From: an uncultured Bacilli bacterium
GTDB lineage: Bacteria > Bacillota_I > Bacilli_A > RF39 > UBA660
Assembly: GCA_947628585.1 (NCBI GenBank)
Contig: CANRAL010000002.1
Span: 1,343 to 65,342 of the forward strand
Length of the DNA: 64,000 bases
Reading direction: 5' to 3'
Part shown: piece by piece, positions 18,777 to 28,920 of the stretch
Layout of the letters: each line of letters begins with the position of its first letter
Numbering within the stretch: the first letter of the stretch is position 1
Program-made: the position numbers and the translations under genes
Notes under the pieces: model-generated
Told to the model about the DNA's origin: nothing
Seen by the model: the letters and a program-made list of their open reading frames with translations, nothing else
Database searches by the model: none

Positions 18777-19186
18777 ATTATTAGAAATTAAAAATTTAAA
18801 AAAGAATTATCATACATTAAATGGGGAAATATCAGCAATTAAAAATATTAGTTTCACGGTTAATGAAGGAGACTTTATAGCTATTGTAGGTTCCAGTGGT
18901 TGTGGTAAATCAACTTTACTTAATATTTTAGGAAATTTAGATAATTATACAGATGGAGAAATAAAATATTTTAAAGAAAATTTAAAAATAGGATATATGC
19001 TTCAAGAAGATGCCCTATTTCCTTGGCTAACGATTTTAGATAATGCTTGTCTAGGATTAGATATAACTAAAACCAAAACAAAAGAAAATGTTGATTATGT
19101 AAAAGGATTATTAAAAACCTATGGTTTAGAAGATTTTATTAATAAATATCCTTCTCAACTATCAGGAGGCATGAAACAAAGAGTTG
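18769..19186 (+). pseudogene. ABC transporter ATP-binding protein, 5' fragment (Walker A to LSGGMKQRV), interrupted by the integrated element
   Basis: GSSGCGKST Walker A, Q-loop and the signature LSGGMKQRV are present. The frame then stops after QRVG inside the ABC signature. The missing continuation is found in frame at 28921. Confidence 0.85.
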
Positions 19187-19277
19187 GTTGAATACTGTGT
19201 ACACACAAAAATATAAAGTAACTTATAACTAAAAATAGAAAGTTAGATAATAATAATTTGATTATTAGGGTTATTTT

Positions 19278-22200
19278 TTAAAGGTGTAATTTTAAAACCT
19301 TTGATTCATTGTCTAATGTTTTTGATTGTAGAGTTTCTAACACTTGATCTAAACTAAATTGTTGTTGATACATTACATATTGATTTATAGTTGCTCTTGT
19401 AGCTTCAAATTCAATTTTTGCTTTTTGATCAAAATCTAATACAGAACTACTTGTAATTTGTTGTCCATCAAAAATAATATACCAATTATCGCCAAGAAAT
19501 ATTGTTGCGTCTTTAGGCAATGATATACTTTCAAAATCAGTTTCATTAAGATATGAATTGATACCATTAATTTTGTTAATCTTATTAACAATATCTATAT
19601 CTGGGTTATTTGTTCCTACTATTTTATTTCTTGGTCTAGTATATACTGCTTCCACATCTTTTGATTTAATATCTTTGGCTTTTAATTCATTAAAAATTCT
19701 ATGTTCTTTACTAGAAGCCATACATATAAGTGGATAACATCCATAATCTGTAGAGAATGTATCATGTTTGGAATGACATTCTTGGAGATTTTCAGTACTG
19801 TTAACAAAATTTTCCCAATCTACGCTTTTTACATCCATTGGACTTCTACCAATTTTATCTTGAACCTCTTTACTTACATTAGATTCCATTTCTCTTAATG
19901 CATAACTTTTTGTTACAAATACAAAATCAATTTTATCTTGTTCTTTTTTATTTTTTTGAGATGTTTCGACAATATCATTACATGCTCGTTTAAATGTTTC
20001 AATAATTTCTAGTTTTTCGTTTCTATACACTCCTTCATAACCATATCCACCTTCATCATAGATAGTTCTTAATTGATTAATATAAACACTATTACCATTT
20101 CTAAATCCTGATGCTCTACCAATAAAGTTTCCAAAAGTATCAGTTATCTTAATAACAAATCCATTTTTGTCTAAAGCACAATAGTGTAAGAAATCATTGT
20201 CATTACCATCTATTCTAAAACAAGAATTAGTATTAATTCCTGCCAATAAAATTGTTTCATCTTGTGAATCGTACATTGAATATTTATAATTACCATAACT
20301 TCCTTTAATATAAGGAACAGTAGATTTATCTCTTTTTGTCATTTCACAAACTAATTTTTTGGCCATTCTAACAATTTCCTTTACATCATCATTAGTATAA
20401 TCTAGATATCTGGATAATTTTGAAATCACATCTTTTCCTAGAATAGCAATAGATTCTTCACTGGAATATTCACTTAATTCACATAATGTTAAAACATCTT
20501 CAAATTTATTAACATCATAATTAAACATTTTTGCCAACCTAGCAATATCTGTCATATAATCAAATGTTGCGAGAATTATTTCTTTATCAATACTAATTTC
20601 TTCTAAAGTTTCATAGCTATTTATTAGTAATAGCATCCAAACTAATCCATTATTAATTACATAATTTTTCAAAATATTATATGCTTCATCATCAATAAGA
20701 CTACTAGGTTCAATAAGGTCATCTTCAAAAACACAACCATTAATAAAATCTTCTAAATCAAAGTCATTTATAGCACCTTTTTGAAATTTAAAATATTCAT
20801 CATTAAATGGCAAATCTTCTGCAATAGCCATTAATTCTTCATCAGTAATTGTACTATCTATTTCTAATTTTTTCGCTTCAAATATTATTTGTTGTTTTAT
20901 TTTATCAAATATTTGTAATTTTTTCCTATATTCGTTATATCTAGTTATTGCTTCTTCTTCAAAAGAAGGTCCTGTATAATAATATTTATCCTTTTCAATA
21001 TCATATTTAATAATATCTAAATATCTAACTAATTCTAGGTCAGTATATTTTATATAATGACTATTTAATCTATTTATTAACTTACTTGCTTCTTCATATT
21101 TTTTATAGTTGTTCCATCCATGAGGTGCTTTAATAAAAGAATCCATTTTTGAATAACTATTGTTTAAAAAATTATCTATCATACACCACAGAGTATCTTC
21201 TTCAATTTTTTCACTATATTGTTTAACAAGAACTTCTAAAAAACTACAAATATTATTATCTTTATTTTGATATAACTCTCTAAATGCTTCTTTATGTTTA
21301 TGTTCTACTAACTTTTTATAAATAGTGGGATGAGTTTTTCTGGGAATAAAATATTCTTTTATATATTTAAAATATTCTTCTAATCTTTCCTTTTTAAAAT
21401 TTTCTTTACTAATAGATACATATAATGCCGATAATTTAGCAATTTGGTCACGAGCATAATCTATATTACCTAACGAAATATTACTATGGATTATCGTATG
21501 ATATTGTTCCATTGCTTGAAGCAGTAAATAATATTTGTCATTTAATGTTTCTTGCATTTCTTTCAAAAAATATAAGCAATTAACGGCATCATTATAATCA
21601 TTTTGAATTCTTAATTCAGCACAAATTTTTCCAAAAATATTTGCATATTCATCTAAATTTTCTTCTCTATGTTCATCCCAGTCGGATTCGGCACATACTT
21701 GCAATACAGAGTTAAAACTTTTAATTGTTGGAGCTGTACTAATTGCTTTAACATAGAGTTCAATATATCTTTCAATATATTTATCAATTTCCTTAGGATA
21801 ATCTTTAAATATTTGAATAAAATCACTATCATTCTTATCAAGGATATTTAATTTTTCGATAGCATATCTCATTACATCATTATCTACAAATGCAGATAAT
21901 GTTTTTTTCATTAATTCTTCTTTGCTAAATTCATATCCCTTTGATATCAAATATTTAAAAACTTTAGGATGATTTCTAGCAATTTTTGATGAATAACGTA
22001 GTGTATCCATATTTTTTTTAATAGAATTTAAAACAATATCAGGATTTTCAGTTAAAACTGGGCAACTTTCTGATGATAATTCATATCCTGCTTTAATTGT
22101 TTCTCGTATCAAATCATCAAACTCTTCTTTTTTCATAGCATTCCAAGCAACATAGTTAGCAGAATTTGGTTCTTGTCTAATTGAATTCAATGCTATCGCA

Positions 22201-22601
22201 TAATTATTTTTCAAAAATTCAGGACTATTTGATACCAAAATATATTTTTGATCTTTGACAAGATTTAAAATCTTTTGAGATAATTCTGGAGTAAATTCTT
22301 CTATAAAATTAACACTATTTATATTTCTTTCAATTGCTACATTAATACAATTTTGATTTGTAAAGATAAAATTTGGTGTGTCTTCATTAAAATAATTATC
22401 ACTATTTACGAATGTCGTGATAATTAGCTGTTTTTGTTCAGACGTTAATTCAAAATTATTAGGTATTTTTCCTTTAGCAATGGCTCTAATCATTATTAAA
22501 GTATCTCTATTAAACAAACTATTATCCTCAATAATTATGTTTTTATTTTCTAATATAAAATCAAATATTTTCATCATTTCTTCATTGCTTATTTTCATCA
22601 T
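19278..22601 (-). CDS. Giant uncharacterised protein (1107 aa), cargo of integrated element
   Basis: Long ORF with no recognised catalytic motif. A Gly/Asn-rich C-terminal region is present (GINTNSCFRIDGNDNDF...GRASGFRNGNSVY). It is translationally coupled to the 79-aa ORF upstream. Confidence 0.5.
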   Translation of the reverse strand: MMKISNEEMMKIFDFILENKNIIIEDNSLFNRDTLIMIRAIAKGKIPNNFELTSEQKQLIITTFVNSDNYFNEDTPNFIFTNQNCINVAIERNINSVNFIEEFTPELSQKILNLVKDQKYILVSNSPEFLKNNYAIALNSIRQEPNSANYVAWNAMKKEEFDDLIRETIKAGYELSSESCPVLTENPDIVLNSIKKNMDTLRYSSKIARNHPKVFKYLISKGYEFSKEELMKKTLSAFVDNDVMRYAIEKLNILDKNDSDFIQIFKDYPKEIDKYIERYIELYVKAISTAPTIKSFNSVLQVCAESDWDEHREENLDEYANIFGKICAELRIQNDYNDAVNCLYFLKEMQETLNDKYYLLLQAMEQYHTIIHSNISLGNIDYARDQIAKLSALYVSISKENFKKERLEEYFKYIKEYFIPRKTHPTIYKKLVEHKHKEAFRELYQNKDNNICSFLEVLVKQYSEKIEEDTLWCMIDNFLNNSYSKMDSFIKAPHGWNNYKKYEEASKLINRLNSHYIKYTDLELVRYLDIIKYDIEKDKYYYTGPSFEEEAITRYNEYRKKLQIFDKIKQQIIFEAKKLEIDSTITDEELMAIAEDLPFNDEYFKFQKGAINDFDLEDFINGCVFEDDLIEPSSLIDDEAYNILKNYVINNGLVWMLLLINSYETLEEISIDKEIILATFDYMTDIARLAKMFNYDVNKFEDVLTLCELSEYSSEESIAILGKDVISKLSRYLDYTNDDVKEIVRMAKKLVCEMTKRDKSTVPYIKGSYGNYKYSMYDSQDETILLAGINTNSCFRIDGNDNDFLHYCALDKNGFVIKITDTFGNFIGRASGFRNGNSVYINQLRTIYDEGGYGYEGVYRNEKLEIIETFKRACNDIVETSQKNKKEQDKIDFVFVTKSYALREMESNVSKEVQDKIGRSPMDVKSVDWENFVNSTENLQECHSKHDTFSTDYGCYPLICMASSKEHRIFNELKAKDIKSKDVEAVYTRPRNKIVGTNNPDIDIVNKINKINGINSYLNETDFESISLPKDATIFLGDNWYIIFDGQQITSSSVLDFDQKAKIEFEATRATINQYVMYQQQFSLDQVLETLQSKTLDNESKVLKLHL

Positions 22602-22837
22602 TTATCCCTCTTTTTATAATTTACTTCTTTTTTATTATAAAATAATTGTTTAGGTTGCTCTTCAAAAAAAGTATCCATATGTGCAACTAATAAAATTGGA
22701 ATATCGTCTTCAGCATAGAGAAAACCATCTTCATAAATTGGTCTCAATTTTTTTTGAAGCAAATAATTATAAATTTCAACTTTTAACTCCTCTTGAGTTA
22801 GTTTTAAAAAATAAGTTAATTTTTCCATAAAAAACAC
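22598..22837 (-). CDS. Small protein (79 aa) overlapping the start of the giant ORF (ATGA overlap)
   Basis: ORF directly coupled to the 1107-aa gene. No homology recognised. Confidence 0.4.
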   Translation of the reverse strand: MFFMEKLTYFLKLTQEELKVEIYNYLLQKKLRPIYEDGFLYAEDDIPILLVAHMDTFFEEQPKQLFYNKKEVNYKKRDK

Positions 22838-22924
22838 TCTTTCTCCTGAAAATTAAGTATTATAATAACACAAAATCATTATTTTGAGAATAATTTTTAA
22901 TAAATCTTACTACATTTAAAGAGT

Positions 22925-22975
22925 TGACTTTAATAAAATAAAGACACACTAAATTGTCAAATTCATTAGTGTATC
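22925..22975 (-). terminator. Rho-independent terminator at the 3' end of the CoA-transferase gene
   Basis: Minus-strand hairpin ACACTAATGAATTTGACAATTTAGTGT followed by CTTTATTTTATT. Confidence 0.5.
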
Positions 22976-24505
22976 TTTAAATATTCTTTCATCCATGGTT
23001 TTTAAATTAGGACTAACTTTTATTGGAAAATCGAGATAATTTAAAATATCTTTTTCTAAATCAATTCCAGGAGCTATTTCTCTTAATTCTAAACCTTCGT
23101 TAGTTAAATAAAATACAGCCCTTTCGGTAATATACATTATTTCTTGTTTATTTTTTAATGCTTCTTTAGCGGAAAAAGTAATTTGCTTAACTTTAGGAAC
23201 AAACTTTTTCTTTTCTCCTTCATTTTGAATAACTAATTTTCCCTCTATAATTTTTTCTTTTAAATTTTGAGCCATAAAGGTACCTAAAAATATAACTTTA
23301 GGGGTACTTTGGGTAATATTAATAAATCCTCCTGGTCCAGTTATTCTTGGACCGAAGGCAGAAACATTAACATTTCCCTCTTTATCAACTTCCGCTAAAC
23401 CAACAATAGCCATATCTAAAGCCCCACCATTATAAGCATCAAATTGTTCGGCAGTAGCAATAACCGAATCTGGATTTAAAGATGCTCCAAAAGTAACTCC
23501 ACCCACGGGAACTCCTCCGGTAGGGCCAGATTCGACGGATAAATAAATATTATCACTTACATTTTCTTCAGCAGCCACTTTGGCAACGACTTCAGGCATA
23601 CCAACTCCTAAATTAACAACATTCCCTTTAGTTAATTCCATCGCGGCTCTTCGCGCACAAAGTTTTCTTTCATCAAGTTGAGGTGGTGTAATATTTTTTA
23701 AAGGGATTTTTTTATCACCAGTTATTTCTGGACGATATTGAGGTAAATTATATTCTTCCTCTCTAGTTTCTTCACTAATAACAACATAATCTACGTAAGA
23801 TGCATGAATTAAAACATTTCGTGCTCTTAAAGAACCTTTAGGAACGATTCTTTTAACTTCCGCGATAACTATTCCTTTAGAATTATGAGCAGCTATGGCC
23901 ATATTATATTGTTCGCCAATAACTCCTTCTTCTTCTAAAGAAATGTTGCCATCTTCATCCGCGATACTGCCTTTAATAATAGCTACATTAATGGGAAAAG
24001 TTCGGTAAAATAAACATTCTTTGCCATCAACTTTAATTAAAGATACAATATCGTCTTCCTTTTTAGCTAAATCATTAACTCGGCATCCTTCTTGGCGAGG
24101 ATCCGCAAAAGTATTTAAACCAATATGCGTAATAATTCCTACTTCGTGTCCGGCTTGAGCTCGATATAAATGATTAATAACACCTAAAGGAAGAGCAAAA
24201 GTAGCAAATTGATTTTGACCAACAGCTTTGCCAAATAAACGCCCCATTCCCAAATGAGCACAAATAGCTTTTTTCACTAATCCCGGCAAAGCTAATAAAT
24301 TCATGCCCACTTCTTCTTCCGTTAAATTCCCGGGACTAATGCCACATGTAACTCCAATATTACAAGGATGATGATATTTTTTAAAACTTTCATTAATTCC
24401 TTTTAATATTGTTTCACAAGAACCGGAACCTCCAGAACCAGAAATAGCTACCATATCATTATCTTTTATTAATTTACCTACTTCTTCTTTTGTTATTATT
24501 TGCAT
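22949..24505 (-). CDS. Acyl-CoA:acetate/3-ketoacid CoA-transferase, fused alpha-beta (YdiF-like, family I)
   Basis: Segments align to E. coli YdiF: ...FADPRQEG..., ...GVGMPEVVA..., ...SGPTGG..., ...YITERAVF.... Length is 518 aa. Confidence 0.75.
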   Translation of the reverse strand: MQIITKEEVGKLIKDNDMVAISGSGGSGSCETILKGINESFKKYHHPCNIGVTCGISPGNLTEEEVGMNLLALPGLVKKAICAHLGMGRLFGKAVGQNQFATFALPLGVINHLYRAQAGHEVGIITHIGLNTFADPRQEGCRVNDLAKKEDDIVSLIKVDGKECLFYRTFPINVAIIKGSIADEDGNISLEEEGVIGEQYNMAIAAHNSKGIVIAEVKRIVPKGSLRARNVLIHASYVDYVVISEETREEEYNLPQYRPEITGDKKIPLKNITPPQLDERKLCARRAAMELTKGNVVNLGVGMPEVVAKVAAEENVSDNIYLSVESGPTGGVPVGGVTFGASLNPDSVIATAEQFDAYNGGALDMAIVGLAEVDKEGNVNVSAFGPRITGPGGFINITQSTPKVIFLGTFMAQNLKEKIIEGKLVIQNEGEKKKFVPKVKQITFSAKEALKNKQEIMYITERAVFYLTNEGLELREIAPGIDLEKDILNYLDFPIKVSPNLKTMDERIFKDTLMNLTI

Positions 24506-24579
24506 ATTTTACCTCTTTCTAATTTAATTTTAGCAAATTTTTAAGCATAATAAAAGGTGGAAAAAAATCCACCATATTA

Positions 24580-25803
24580 TTAATTACTCTTTTTTAAATA
24601 AATTGTATTATCCAATATTAATTTTACAAGTACACTAAGGATAAATGTAATTAAAACTGTTGGAATAAATACAGACCAGAAAGAGTAAATTGTAGCTGCT
24701 GTATTTTGACCATATAATCTTAATACAAAAATAGCGACAGGATAATGTAACATATAAATATACAATGAAATACTTCCTAAATAGCCAAATATTTTACTAG
24801 TATATTTATTATTTAATGCTGCCGTGAAATAATCTTTATTTAATAGAGTTAAACCAATTACTAAGATACATAATAAAGAAACTGTCCAACGGTCTAAGTT
24901 AAACCATGTTGGTTGATTAATAGTATACCATAGTAATAATGCTCCAGCAGCCATATTTAATATAGTTAACAAAAGTGTACCAGTTTCACTGAATTTATGT
25001 TTTTTCAATTTTTCAATTCCATAGTACATAATTATGCCACCTAACATACCTAGTAAAACAAAAAGTAAACCATTGTTAAAACCTAAAAAGGCCGTTTCAC
25101 CAGTAGCGCTTCCGCCCATTCCATTTGTTGAGGCTAATTGAACTCCTAAAGTTGACCAACCAGTTTGAGCACCACGAGTTCCTGTATAACACCACCATCC
25201 AGCTAGGAAAATAAAACTAAATGGAGCGATTAAACCCGCTAAAAGGTCTTCATTTTTACATAATCCCCAATATAGGAAATAGCCTAAAATGATTATTGCT
25301 GAAATAAACCATAATGTTCCATTTAAATTAAAGAATTCACCACCAGCACTTCTTAAACCAACAGCATGGAATCCTAAAAATTCCCAAGCGCTATTGATAA
25401 TCATTGAACAAACTTGTTGAAAACTATAATCTGGATAGAAAAACTTAGTACTTATAATTACACCTAAAATATAACCTAATATTAAAACAGGTAATAAGCC
25501 TTTTATTCTACCCCAAGTATATTCCCAAGCTCTAGATGAAGCACTCCTTTCTTGATAATTTTTTTCTTGACTCTTTTTCTTAAAATGTTTAACCATAAAG
25601 TAACCAGTTGTTAAAGTAAATATTAATAATACTTCACTAGAACCAAAAAACCAATTACTTGTTTCCATAAAGAAACCATTTGCACCATTACAACTACGAG
25701 CAATAATCCAACCAGTATGGAAACCTATTATCGCAAACGCAATAAGAAAACGCCAAAGTTCAATTGCTACATTTCTTTCGTTTTTAGCAACCTTTTTTTC
25801 CAT
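24580..25803 (-). CDS. Acyltransferase family 3 (OatA-like) integral membrane O-acyltransferase
   Basis: ~10 TMs. N-terminal ELWRFLIAFAIIGFH motif typical of acyltransferase_3. Confidence 0.75.
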   Translation of the reverse strand: MEKKVAKNERNVAIELWRFLIAFAIIGFHTGWIIARSCNGANGFFMETSNWFFGSSEVLLIFTLTTGYFMVKHFKKKSQEKNYQERSASSRAWEYTWGRIKGLLPVLILGYILGVIISTKFFYPDYSFQQVCSMIINSAWEFLGFHAVGLRSAGGEFFNLNGTLWFISAIIILGYFLYWGLCKNEDLLAGLIAPFSFIFLAGWWCYTGTRGAQTGWSTLGVQLASTNGMGGSATGETAFLGFNNGLLFVLLGMLGGIIMYYGIEKLKKHKFSETGTLLLTILNMAAGALLLWYTINQPTWFNLDRWTVSLLCILVIGLTLLNKDYFTAALNNKYTSKIFGYLGSISLYIYMLHYPVAIFVLRLYGQNTAATIYSFWSVFIPTVLITFILSVLVKLILDNTIYLKKSN

Positions 25804-26137
25804 ATTTCAACACTCCTTTCTATTCATAGCCTACTTTATACTATGCTTACTATAATAATAACAAATTTAAAAATAAAAGTCTATTTCTAATTAAATTTCT
25901 AATTAAAAAAATTTATAATATATTTTAATTATGGGAGGGGTAAAATATGAAATACAATGTCATTGATATTGTAGATGTTAAAATAACCGATACTAAATTA
26001 AAAGAAATTATTAATAAGAAGTTATATAAAATCATCGAACTTTTGGAGTTTAATGTCAATACAGCCGAGTAAGTGGTATAATAGTATTGGTTATAAGTTT
26101 AACTTAAAACTTAATTGTTACCTTATGTTAGGAGGTA

Positions 26138-27754
26138 ATGATTATGAATGAAATGGAGAGTGTTGAGAGTAAGAAAGTATTAAGAGTTGGAATTTATTTA
26201 AGATTATCTAATGAAGATAAGGACAAACTAAACAAAGATGATGATAGTGAATCTATCAAAAATCAAAGAAATATGCTTATTGACTATATTGAAAAGCATC
26301 CTGAATTTGCGTTAGTTGATGAGTATTGTGATGAAGATTTATCTGGTGCTGGAACTTATAGACCTGAATTTGAAAGACTAATTAGAGATTGTGAAAACGG
26401 AAAACTTGATATAGTTTTATGTAAAAGTCAATCAAGATTTTCAAGAGATATGGAAATTGTTGAAAAATATATCAATAATAAGTTTAAAGAATGGAATATT
26501 AGGTTTATAGGACTATCCGATAATGCTGATACTGATAATAGTGGAAACAAGAAATCAAGACAAATAAATGGACTCGTAAATGAATGGTATTTAGAAGATG
26601 TTTCAAATAATATAAGAAGTGCTTTTCATTCTAAAATGAAGCAAGGAGAATTTATTTCTCCTTTCGCCTCATTTGGTTATGAAATATCCGAAGAAGATAA
26701 CAATAAATTAGTAGTCGATCCTGTTGCAGCCGAAGTGGTAAAAAATATTTATAATCTATACTTAACAGGATTAGGGTTTACAGGTATAGCAAAATACTTA
26801 AATAGTAAAAATATACCTTCCCCTTCTCTTTATAAATATCGTAAAGGTATTAAATTAAATGTTATTAGTAATAGACCTCGTGAAGAAATAAAATGGACAA
26901 CAAATGCTATTAAAACAATTTTAACAAATGAAGTTTATCTAGGACATTTAATTCAAGGGAAAAGAACTACTGTTAGTTATAAAAATCACAAAATAAAACA
27001 CAAAGATAAAAGTGAATGGATAAGAAAAGAAAACACTCATGAAGCAATTATAGATGAAGAAACATTTAATAAAGTTCAAGTAGCTATGAAAGAAAGAACG
27101 AAACCTATGAAAGCAACAGGTGTAGTTCATATCTTCTCTGGTAAAGTATTTTGTCTTGAATGTGGGCATTATATGAGAAAAAAGAACTCTAAAAAACACG
27201 AATATCTTTTATGTTCGGGAAATCGAGATGGATATGATGACTGTATTAATAAAGCATCTATAAGATATGATGTTCTTGTGAGTATTGTATTAGATGCCAT
27301 TAATGAGAAAATTCAAAAATTCTATGATGAAGAAGAATTAGAAAATTTGGATTCAGCAACAAAGGAAAATAGATTTAATAAAAAAATTAAAGCATTAGAA
27401 CATCAAAAAATGGATATTGAAAAACAAATATCTAAAACAAGAAACTATTTAAAAAATCTTTATGAAGATAAGGTAAATGGTGTTATTACTGCTGAACAAT
27501 TTAAAGATTTAGTTGTAGAATACAACAAGAATGAAGATGTATATAACGATCAAATTAAATCTATTAATAACGAAATTGCTTATTATCAAATGAAAGAAGA
27601 ATCTTCAAAAAATAATAAAGAAATATTTAGTAAATATCAAAAATTAGATGAACTTAATCGAGTTATTGTTGATGAATTTATTGATAAAATTTATATTGGT
27701 AAGTTGAGAGTTGAAACAAATAGTAGAGATATTCAAATTAAATGGAATTTTTAA
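26138..27754 (+). CDS. Large serine recombinase (resolvase/invertase N-domain plus recombinase and zinc-ribbon/coiled-coil C-domains)
   Basis: Catalytic YLRLSNEDKD ...IKNQRNML. Resolvase domain, Cys cluster CLECGH...CSGNRDGYDDC, C-terminal coiled coil. Length is 538 aa. Confidence 0.9.
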   Translation: MIMNEMESVESKKVLRVGIYLRLSNEDKDKLNKDDDSESIKNQRNMLIDYIEKHPEFALVDEYCDEDLSGAGTYRPEFERLIRDCENGKLDIVLCKSQSRFSRDMEIVEKYINNKFKEWNIRFIGLSDNADTDNSGNKKSRQINGLVNEWYLEDVSNNIRSAFHSKMKQGEFISPFASFGYEISEEDNNKLVVDPVAAEVVKNIYNLYLTGLGFTGIAKYLNSKNIPSPSLYKYRKGIKLNVISNRPREEIKWTTNAIKTILTNEVYLGHLIQGKRTTVSYKNHKIKHKDKSEWIRKENTHEAIIDEETFNKVQVAMKERTKPMKATGVVHIFSGKVFCLECGHYMRKKNSKKHEYLLCSGNRDGYDDCINKASIRYDVLVSIVLDAINEKIQKFYDEEELENLDSATKENRFNKKIKALEHQKMDIEKQISKTRNYLKNLYEDKVNGVITAEQFKDLVVEYNKNEDVYNDQIKSINNEIAYYQMKEESSKNNKEIFSKYQKLDELNRVIVDEFIDKIYIGKLRVETNSRDIQIKWNF

Positions 27755-27796
27755 TATCTCTCTACTATTACATAACCAAATATTATACGAAAGGAT

Positions 27797-28663
27797 GTGA
27801 AAAAAATGGAACATAACAAACTAGAAACCATTACTAATTTATTTGAAGGTAAGGAAATAAGAAGTATCTGGGATAGTGAAAAAGAAGATTATTATTTTAG
27901 TGTCGTTGATGTTATTGGTGTATTAACTGATAGTAAAGATGCGAGTGATTATTGGACTACTCTAAAAAGAAGATTAACTAATGATGAAGGAAGTGAACTT
28001 CCGACAAATTGTCGGAGTTTGAAATTCAAAGCAAAAGATGGAAAAATGAGAAATACCGATACTTTAGATACCAAAGGAATTTTAAGACTAATTGAATCAG
28101 TTCCTTCGCCAAAAGCAGAGCCGTTTAAGGTCTGGCTTGCTAATTTAGGTAGTGAAAGAATTGATGAAGTATTCGATCCAGAAATTGCCATTAATAGAGC
28201 TGTTAATTATTATAGAAGATTAGGTTACAGTGATGAATGGATTAAAAAAAGACTAAACGGAATTGTTGATAGATTTAAACTAACTGATATATGGAAAGAT
28301 GGAGGCATTGAAAAACCTGTTGAATATGCTATGCTTACTAACGAAATATATAAAGGTTGGTCTGGTATGAAAGCAAGCGAATATAAAGCATATAAAGGCA
28401 TAAGAAAAGAAAGTTTGAGAGATAATATGACTGATATAGAAGTTATTCTCACTGATTTAGGAGAAGTTGCTACTCGTGATATAGCAACAACTGAACATCC
28501 ACAAGGATTTAGTGAAAATATGAAAGTTGCTGCACGAGGTGGACAAGTTGCTAATGATGCGAGAATTTCATACGAACAAGCAACTAAAAAATCAGCAATA
28601 TCAAATAAAAATGCACTTAACTACCAATATAAAGATGAAACCAAACAAATTGAAAATAAATAA
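27797..28663 (+). CDS. Bro-N domain / DinD-like (DNA-damage-inducible protein D family) phage-associated protein
   Basis: N-terminal IRSIWDSEKEDYYFSVVDVIGVL resembles Bro-N/DinD. The central IYKGWSGMK and C-terminal GGQVANDAR segments parallel E. coli DinD. Confidence 0.6.
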   Translation: MKKMEHNKLETITNLFEGKEIRSIWDSEKEDYYFSVVDVIGVLTDSKDASDYWTTLKRRLTNDEGSELPTNCRSLKFKAKDGKMRNTDTLDTKGILRLIESVPSPKAEPFKVWLANLGSERIDEVFDPEIAINRAVNYYRRLGYSDEWIKKRLNGIVDRFKLTDIWKDGGIEKPVEYAMLTNEIYKGWSGMKASEYKAYKGIRKESLRDNMTDIEVILTDLGEVATRDIATTEHPQGFSENMKVAARGGQVANDARISYEQATKKSAISNKNALNYQYKDETKQIENK

Positions 28664-28920
28664 TTAAATTTCAATTGTTGTAAAATTTTCAATAACCTAA
28701 AACAATAACTAAAAAATGAAAAAATATAGGTTGTGTTAGAACACACCTTGCAAATCCTTATTTTATAAGGATTTAATAAAGTTCCAAAAAAATCAAGTAA
28801 ACTTATAAGTTAAACTTTTTAAAAAAATTATTCTAAATAGTTAAAAAATAAGTCTGTATCAGACCACACGCAAGCCCCTATAAATAAAGGAAAAAAATGA
28901 AAATGTGTCTATACTACACT

